Source: Dehalococcoidia bacterium (GTDB lineage: Bacteria > Chloroflexota > Dehalococcoidia > UBA2979). Taken from it: a DNA stretch of 64,000 bases. Made by a program: the position numbers and the translations under genes. Under the pieces are notes generated by a model that did no database searches, was not told where the DNA came from, and saw nothing but the letters and a program-made list of their open reading frames with translations. Below, piece by piece: positions 58,889 through 64,000 of the stretch. The stretch covers positions 644,731-708,730 of the forward strand of contig OZ252250.1 in NCBI GenBank assembly GCA_965249675.1, given 5' to 3'. Position 1 is the stretch's first letter, and each line of letters starts with the position of its first letter.

Positions 58889-60070
58889 ATGTCGACCACA
58901 TCACCATCGACCGGCCGGGACCGACCGACCGTCGGCATTGTCGGCGCGGGCCAGCTCGCCCGGATGATGATCGAAGCCGCTACACCGCTAGACATCCCGA
59001 TCGTCCTGTTGGCCGCCGATCCCCGGGATGGCGCGGCGCAGATCTGGCCGTTCGTTGAGCTCGGGCAGCCCAAGTCGGCGAGCGATCTGACTCGCTTTGC
59101 CGAGCGCTGCGATGTCATCACCTTCGACCACGAGCTGGTCGATCTCGACGCGATCCGCACCATCGAGGCGACCGGGAAGCGCGCGTTTCCCTCACCGGCC
59201 ACCCTCCTGCACGCCCAGGACAAGCTGCACCAGAGGCGCCGGTTCAGCGAGCTCGGGTTGCCGGTGCCACGCTTCCGTGCGGTCGCGACCGGCCCCGAGA
59301 TCGAGGCCTTCGCGGCAGACTGTGGCTGGCCAGTCGTCTGCAAGGCGCAGCGGGACGGCTACGACGGCCGCGGCGTCTGGGTTGTGCACGACGCCAGCCA
59401 GGCGCACGCACTCGTTCTTGAAGCGTCCGACAACGGCGTGGCGCTGCTCTGCGAGGAGTTCGTCCCGATCGAGCGGGAGCTCGCGGGCCTGATCGCCCGG
59501 CGGCCCAGCGGCGAACACGTTCTCTACCCGATCGCTGAGACCGTCCAGCGGGACGGGATCTGCACCGAGGTGATCGCCCCGGCCGCGATCTCGCCCGGGC
59601 TACACGAGCAGGCCGCACATCTGACCCGAACGGTCGCCGACGCGATCGACCTGGTCGGCATCATGGCGCTCGAACTCTTCGAAAGCGCCGGTCGGCTGCT
59701 CGTCAACGAGATCGCCACCAGGCCGCACAACTCGGGTCACTTCACGATCGAGGCATGCCAGACCTCGCAGTTCGAAAATCACCTGCGCGCCATCCTCGAT
59801 TGGCCGCTCGGCCCGACCACGCTGCGGAGCCCGGTTGCGGTCATGGCCAACCTGCTCGCCGAGGGGACACAGATGCCGGCTCCCGGCCGGATCGCGCTGC
59901 CGGCCGGGCAGCTGGCGGAACTCTCCATCCACCTCTACGGCAAGAGCTCGCGTCCGGGACGCAAGATCGGGCACGTCACCGCGCTCGGTCGGGAGCGGGA
60001 GGCGACCTCGCAGCGTGCCCGCCTGGCAGCCAGGCAGCTGATGTCACAGACTACGGATCAAGCCAGCTGA
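58889..60070 (+). CDS. purK: N5-carboxyaminoimidazole ribonucleotide synthase
   Basis: ATP-grasp with VGIVGAGQLARMM N-terminal motif and overall PurK collinearity. Confidence 0.9.
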   Translation: MSTTSPSTGRDRPTVGIVGAGQLARMMIEAATPLDIPIVLLAADPRDGAAQIWPFVELGQPKSASDLTRFAERCDVITFDHELVDLDAIRTIEATGKRAFPSPATLLHAQDKLHQRRRFSELGLPVPRFRAVATGPEIEAFAADCGWPVVCKAQRDGYDGRGVWVVHDASQAHALVLEASDNGVALLCEEFVPIERELAGLIARRPSGEHVLYPIAETVQRDGICTEVIAPAAISPGLHEQAAHLTRTVADAIDLVGIMALELFESAGRLLVNEIATRPHNSGHFTIEACQTSQFENHLRAILDWPLGPTTLRSPVAVMANLLAEGTQMPAPGRIALPAGQLAELSIHLYGKSSRPGRKIGHVTALGREREATSQRARLAARQLMSQTTDQAS

Positions 60071-60082
60071 GGGGAGATAGCG

Positions 60083-60610
60083 ATGGCCCAGCAGCAGCCC
60101 ATCGTCGGGATCGCAATGGGCAGCGACTCTGATCTGACCGTGATGCGGAATGCGGCGGACATCTGTGAGCAGTTTGCCATCCCATTCGAGGTGCGAGTCC
60201 TGTCGGCCCACCGCACACCGGAGGGCATGTTCGAGTACGCCCGCGAGGCTCGCGGGCGGGGACTGTTGGTGATCATCGCCGGCGCCGGCGGCGCCGCTCA
60301 CCTGCCGGGGATGATCGCCTCGGCCACAACACTGCCCGTGATCGGCGTGCCGGTGCCCCTGGCGCGGCTCGACGGTCTGGACTCGCTCCTGTCGATCGTG
60401 CAGATGCCGGGCGGGGTGCCGGTCGCTACGGTCGGCATCGGCAACGCCCGCAACGCCGGGTTGCTCGCGGTCCGCATCCTGTCTGCCACTGACCAGCGGC
60501 TCGCTGCCGCCATCGATGACTTCGCCGCCGCGATGCGGGCGGAGACTGCCGAGAAGGACCAGCGCGTGCGCACCCAGTTCTCTCCCGAGGCGAGGTTGAG
60601 CCGACCCTAG
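60083..60610 (+). CDS. purE: N5-carboxyaminoimidazole ribonucleotide mutase
   Basis: [29 protein letters not shown] motifs. GAGGGGAG RBS. Confidence 0.95.
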   Translation: MAQQQPIVGIAMGSDSDLTVMRNAADICEQFAIPFEVRVLSAHRTPEGMFEYAREARGRGLLVIIAGAGGAAHLPGMIASATTLPVIGVPVPLARLDGLDSLLSIVQMPGGVPVATVGIGNARNAGLLAVRILSATDQRLAAAIDDFAAAMRAETAEKDQRVRTQFSPEARLSRP

Positions 60611-60813
60611 TTCACAAGGACCGCTTCGCAAACCGGAAGCTGGAGCGATCCCAGCGATGCGCCGGTCCGCAGAGGTCGTACGAAGGTGCCGGAGCCAGCC
60701 GCAGCTCACCGAGCGGTGCGGGCACGGTCTGGCACGGGTGCCCGAGGCGGTGTCGGGAGCCGACCTCGGGCCAGCGGCTCCGTCTCGGCCGAAGCGTTCA
60801 AAGCATGACGCCC

Positions 60814-61494
60814 TTACAGATCCTCGAGGATGCGGGCGCGGCGCTCCTCGTACTGCTCCCCGGTGATCAGTCCCTCGTTGCGCAGGCTCTGCAACTCGCG
60901 CAGTCGATCGGCGGCGCTACTCTCGGGCATCGTCGACGTGGTGTCACCTGTGTCCCCTCTCACGGCGTGCCCTGGCGATCCGGCCAGCGGTTCGCTCGAA
61001 CCTGTCGAGGTGGCGGCCGGTTGCTCTCCACCGAGCTCCAGATCGACTGCGGTCAGGGGGCGGAATCCGAGCGCTGAGTACGCAACGTAGGTGGAGGTGA
61101 TCTTGTCCCAGAGGCACTGCCGCTCGCGGTCCCAGAGGCACCACAGCGGGGCGAGAAACCAGAGCAGGGCGACCCAATCGGCGGTCAGCCCGCTGATGAT
61201 GCTGATCCCGATGCCGAACAGCAGCCACTTGACGACGACCTCGCGGAGCCAGGTGTAGCCGCCACCGGCGCGGGTGCCGTCCTCGCGCATGATGTACATG
61301 CCGAGCAGCGCCTTGCCTGGCGTCTGCCCCCGCGGAGCCACCACCGCGAACCAGATCAGCCAGCCCATGCCCAGTGTCAGAATCCCGATGAGCGCATCCA
61401 GCGCCCAGCCACCGAGGCGGCGACCTTGCGCGGCCGTTTGAAGTTGCCGACGTGCGTAGAACTCCTCGATGCGTCGCGGCGGCGGCGCAGCCAT
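60814..61494 (-). CDS. RDD-family membrane protein with C-terminal SHOCT domain
   Basis: RDD region (RRLGGWALDALI...), TM segments, and a SHOCT-like tail (LRELQSLRNEGLITGEQYEERRARI). Confidence 0.7.
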   Translation of the reverse strand: MAAPPPRRIEEFYARRQLQTAAQGRRLGGWALDALIGILTLGMGWLIWFAVVAPRGQTPGKALLGMYIMREDGTRAGGGYTWLREVVVKWLLFGIGISIISGLTADWVALLWFLAPLWCLWDRERQCLWDKITSTYVAYSALGFRPLTAVDLELGGEQPAATSTGSSEPLAGSPGHAVRGDTGDTTSTMPESSAADRLRELQSLRNEGLITGEQYEERRARILEDL

Positions 61495-61674
61495 CGGATC
61501 CCCCTCGCGCGCCCACTCGCGGCCCGTGGAGCTTCAGCATCCCCTGTGCCGCCCCGGCCGATGGCCCTGAGCGGACGAGCTGCATTCTAGCCGCAGGGCC
61601 GGCACGGAGCTCGGCTGGGGGCCAGGCGCCGGGCCGACCGAGCTCCTCTCCCCATGCCGACTACCCCGCGGGAA

Positions 61675-62154
61675 CTAGAGACTACGCCGCCTGCCAGAGA
61701 TCCCGGCCCAGCGGGACAGTCGTCCGCGCTGCCCGGCGACGAGCCGGTAACCGAGCTCCCGCAGGCCGCGCAGCACCGGCCAGTCCAGCACTGCCGCCAC
61801 CTGGCCGCCCGGAACGAGATGCAGCGCCTGTGTCACGCTCTCGCCGCCGTGGTACTCAAACCCCCGCCGGTCGACCAGGTGAGCGCTGCCGCGCACCTCG
61901 TCCTCGCTCAGCTCGGTGAGCAGGCCCGGCCTGGGCAGAGCCGAAAATGGCACGAGCTCGAGATCCTCGCCCGCCCGGGCCCGCACGAGGGTGGCGAGAC
62001 GCTGGCAGAGGCCGCAGTCATCGTCGTAGACGAGGAGCGCCCGTCCGGGGGGTTCCAACGATCGCGTGCACGACCGGCCCAGCCAGAGAGCTGCCAGTTC
62101 CAGCGAAACGGCCCCGAGGGCCAGCGCCGCCATCCACGCGAAGGACCTGCTCAC
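61675..62154 (-). CDS. DCC1-like thiol-disulfide oxidoreductase (DUF393)
   Basis: LLVYDDDCGLCQ motif. Confidence 0.75.
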   Translation of the reverse strand: MSRSFAWMAALALGAVSLELAALWLGRSCTRSLEPPGRALLVYDDDCGLCQRLATLVRARAGEDLELVPFSALPRPGLLTELSEDEVRGSAHLVDRRGFEYHGGESVTQALHLVPGGQVAAVLDWPVLRGLRELGYRLVAGQRGRLSRWAGISGRRRSL

Positions 62155-62203
62155 CAGCCAACCCCGGGTTTGGCCTCAACCCCCACTGGCCGCGGGGGCC
62201 CGA

Positions 62204-62932
62204 TCATGGTGAGAGCTCACGACCAAGCGCTCCCAGCAGAATCGCGGCAGCACTCGCAACGTTGAGCGATCGCACCTGCGCTTCCGGCGCGGGCCTGACC
62301 GCTACCAGCTCATCGCACACGCCGGCGATCCTCCGGCGCAGACCGTCCTGCTCGTTCCCCAGGACCAGCACCCACGGCCTCCCCGTATCCAGCTCATAGA
62401 CGCTACGGGCGGCGTGCTCGCTGCTGCCGACGATCCAGAGCCCGGCGTCACGCATGCGAACGAGCGCTCGATGGAGATTGGTCTCGACCGCCGCGGGAAC
62501 CGCCTCAACACCCCCGCTGGCGACGTCGGTCACGGTCGCGTCGAGCGCGACCGACCGGTCACGAGCGGTGACAACGCCCCGCACCCCGAAGAAGGCGGCC
62601 AGGCGGAAGATCGCGCCGACGTTCTGGGGATCGTGGAGCGAGTCCAGAGCCAGCCAGCGACCGGTCCCATCGCCCTGCGCGCGGATCAGGTCGTCGAGGG
62701 GAACAGGAGGCCGCGGCGCCACGACGGCAAACCCAGCGCCGCCCCGACCGCCTCCGTCAGGCGCTCGACCGGGGGGATCACCCGGCTCCAGCGCCACACC
62801 CTGCTCGCGTGCAGTCCTCAGTACATCCTGCCAGGCGGGGCCACCCCCACCGGACGGCGGCCGCACGAGCTCGACATCGGCGGGGCGGGCCAGCAGCGCC
62901 GCCAGGATGCTGTGAGGGTTGCGCAGCTCCAC
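62204..62932 (-). CDS. SpoU/TrmH-family RNA 2'-O-methyltransferase (RlmB-like)
   Basis: SPOUT motifs (LDSLHDPQNVGAIFRLAAFFGV; LVLGNEQDGL; SLNVASAAAI). Confidence 0.85.
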   Translation of the reverse strand: MELRNPHSILAALLARPADVELVRPPSGGGGPAWQDVLRTAREQGVALEPGDPPGRAPDGGGRGGAGFAVVAPRPPVPLDDLIRAQGDGTGRWLALDSLHDPQNVGAIFRLAAFFGVRGVVTARDRSVALDATVTDVASGGVEAVPAAVETNLHRALVRMRDAGLWIVGSSEHAARSVYELDTGRPWVLVLGNEQDGLRRRIAGVCDELVAVRPAPEAQVRSLNVASAAAILLGALGRELSP

Positions 62933-63017
62933 CCGACAGGCTCCTTGCCATCGTCACCGCGGCTGCGGATCGCGACGCCAACGATAGCAACGCGCCAGGG
63001 CGGGGAGGCGAGAATTA

Positions 63018-63533
63018 CTAGAAGGCGCAGCCCTGGGGTTGCGGGTCGATTGTCTCGAGCTCTCCACCGAAGTCGGCAGCTGGCTCAAAGGGCCGCAGCC
63101 CTGAGGCGATCGACCCGCGCAGCGCCGTCCCGCTGTAGCCGAAGCGGTTGCTGTGCGCTCGCACCACCAGCGGCGTGGCGGAATCGATGGCGAGCGGGCC
63201 ACCACTCTGTTCAAACGGCTGTTCATCGACGTGGCTGTGCTCGAGGATGCGCCGGTAGATGAGCATCGAACCGTCCTCGTTCGTCACCTCCCACCAGTCC
63301 GCGTACTGCTCGCAGCCGGTGTCGGGACTGCTAATCGTGACGCTCAGCCGGTAGCCGCCCGTGGTCCCACTCGCCACGGCGGTCAGCACATCGGCGCGTG
63401 AAACGGCTACCGGTTGCCCGCGCTCGGCGAGCGGCGAGGTCGGCGGGGGCGACCCGGGCGTGCAGGCCAACAGCATCACCGAGAAGGCGAGTGCCACGGG
63501 GATGGCGAGCAGCGCATCGACAGCCGTCTTCAT
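63018..63533 (-). CDS. Hypothetical lipoprotein
   Basis: Signal peptide with lipobox (MKTAVDALLAIPVALAFSVMLLAC|TPG). The ATG lies 7 nt after the upstream gene's stop. Confidence 0.55.
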   Translation of the reverse strand: MKTAVDALLAIPVALAFSVMLLACTPGSPPPTSPLAERGQPVAVSRADVLTAVASGTTGGYRLSVTISSPDTGCEQYADWWEVTNEDGSMLIYRRILEHSHVDEQPFEQSGGPLAIDSATPLVVRAHSNRFGYSGTALRGSIASGLRPFEPAADFGGELETIDPQPQGCAF

Positions 63534-63540
63534 GACGCGT

Positions 63541-64000
63541 CTAGAACTCTTCCTGGCAGAACGGCCGGTAAACGGTCCGAAAGAGCGCGTCGGCGGTGGC
63601 CAGTACGCGCCGACCTGGAGCATCGAGCAGCTCCATACGTGCGAGCTCCCCGGGGCTTGCGTAGCCGCTCAGGAGCTGCGCCAGCCGCTCCACCGAAAGC
63701 GTCAGATCGGCCTCGTCCGAGGTCCTGGTGAGCTCCGTCTCGCTGCCCTCGGTCTCGATCCGATAGATCCCCCGATTCCAGTCGCAGAGCTCGTCGACGA
63801 CCGCGACCGTCAGCACACCGGACGCGCCGTAGGGCCGCTGGGCGAGGGCCAGCTCTGCCCACGTTGGTGATTCCAGTCATCGGTACCGGGGGCCGTTGAG
63901 TCGCCCGCGGAGCGGGAAGGAGCCGTAGGTCGAAACGAGTTGCCCATCGACGAAGGCGCAGATCGTCCGCGACGGATCGAAGTCCCATCGCCTCCGGTGG
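63541..64000 (-). CDS. Partial gene at the window edge; C-terminal SCP2-like domain resembling Eis/GNAT-family acetyltransferase tails
   Basis: ELCDWNRGIYRIETEGSETELTRT...LSVERLAQLLSGYASPGELARMELL resembles the Eis C-terminal sterol-carrier-like domain. The N-terminus runs out of the window. Confidence 0.35.

Noticed and set aside
57025-59343. 772-aa minus-strand ORF spanning chrA through the purK start
   Set aside because: Only the 3' ~428 codons are ChrA. The 5' part runs antisense through purK and the spacer and is kept open only by GC-rich codon bias.
1-64000. Genome-wide reassignment of TAG or TGA as sense codons
   Set aside because: Both TAG (nrdJ, first CoA-transferase, pepC) and TGA (pepP, sirtuin, LLM genes) terminate many well-conserved genes at the expected C-termini. 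The two in-frame stops are isolated events.
1-64000. tRNA, rRNA or CRISPR arrays (including a tRNA-Sec near the candidate selenoprotein)
   Set aside because: No GTTCGAATC/GTTCAAATC-type T-loop plus acceptor-stem combination in any intergenic region. No spacer-repeat periodicity. The only short tandem repeats are the 38-bp pair at 22946-23021 and coding linker repeats.

Overview
This is a high-GC (about 68-70%) chromosomal window of a Gram-positive-like high-GC bacterium. The content fits Actinobacteria or Chloroflexi: four F420-type LLM oxidoreductases, five family-III CoA-transferases, GTG/TTG starts, and GGAGG-type RBSs. About 50 genes are supportable. Housekeeping genes are class II B12-dependent ribonucleotide reductase (nrdJ, 2622-6140), glutamate synthase large subunit (16800-21476), purK/purE, a sirtuin, Xaa-Pro aminopeptidase, and M20/M42/S9/C1 peptidases. 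A MacB-like ABC pair carries a 1124-aa double-FtsX permease. An oxalate-catabolism locus has oxalyl-CoA decarboxylase (oxc, 30524-32188, minus strand) divergent from a frc-like CoA-transferase (32649-33869) and a HAD hydrolase. The oxc minus-strand operon continues through an MBL hydrolase, a DUF1932 NAD(P)-binding protein, a thioredoxin-fold lipoprotein, and a stranded alpha-2-macroglobulin C-terminal fragment. The most notable observation is in that thioredoxin-fold lipoprotein: an in-frame TGA (27867-27869) sits exactly where the first Cys of the W-C-x-x-C motif is expected, giving W-[TGA]-P-S-C, and two hairpins lie 9-37 nt downstream. This is a candidate selenocysteine (UxxC) selenoprotein; the alternative is a Cys-to-opal pseudogene. 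Other features: a BCCP plus carboxyltransferase pair with no biotin carboxylase, a thiolase/DUF35 pair, chromate transporter chrA, a PduO-type adenosyltransferase, a DtxR-GNAT operon, and one complete IS5-family element (48646-49824, CTAG target duplication) inserted at the stop codon of pepC. Several decayed genes are present: a YfbK-like vWA gene with an in-frame TAG, a fragmented APH-like kinase, a histidine-kinase remnant, and the A2M fragment. No tRNA, rRNA or CRISPR array was found. Coordinates derived by hand from the sequence lines may be off by 1-2 nt.
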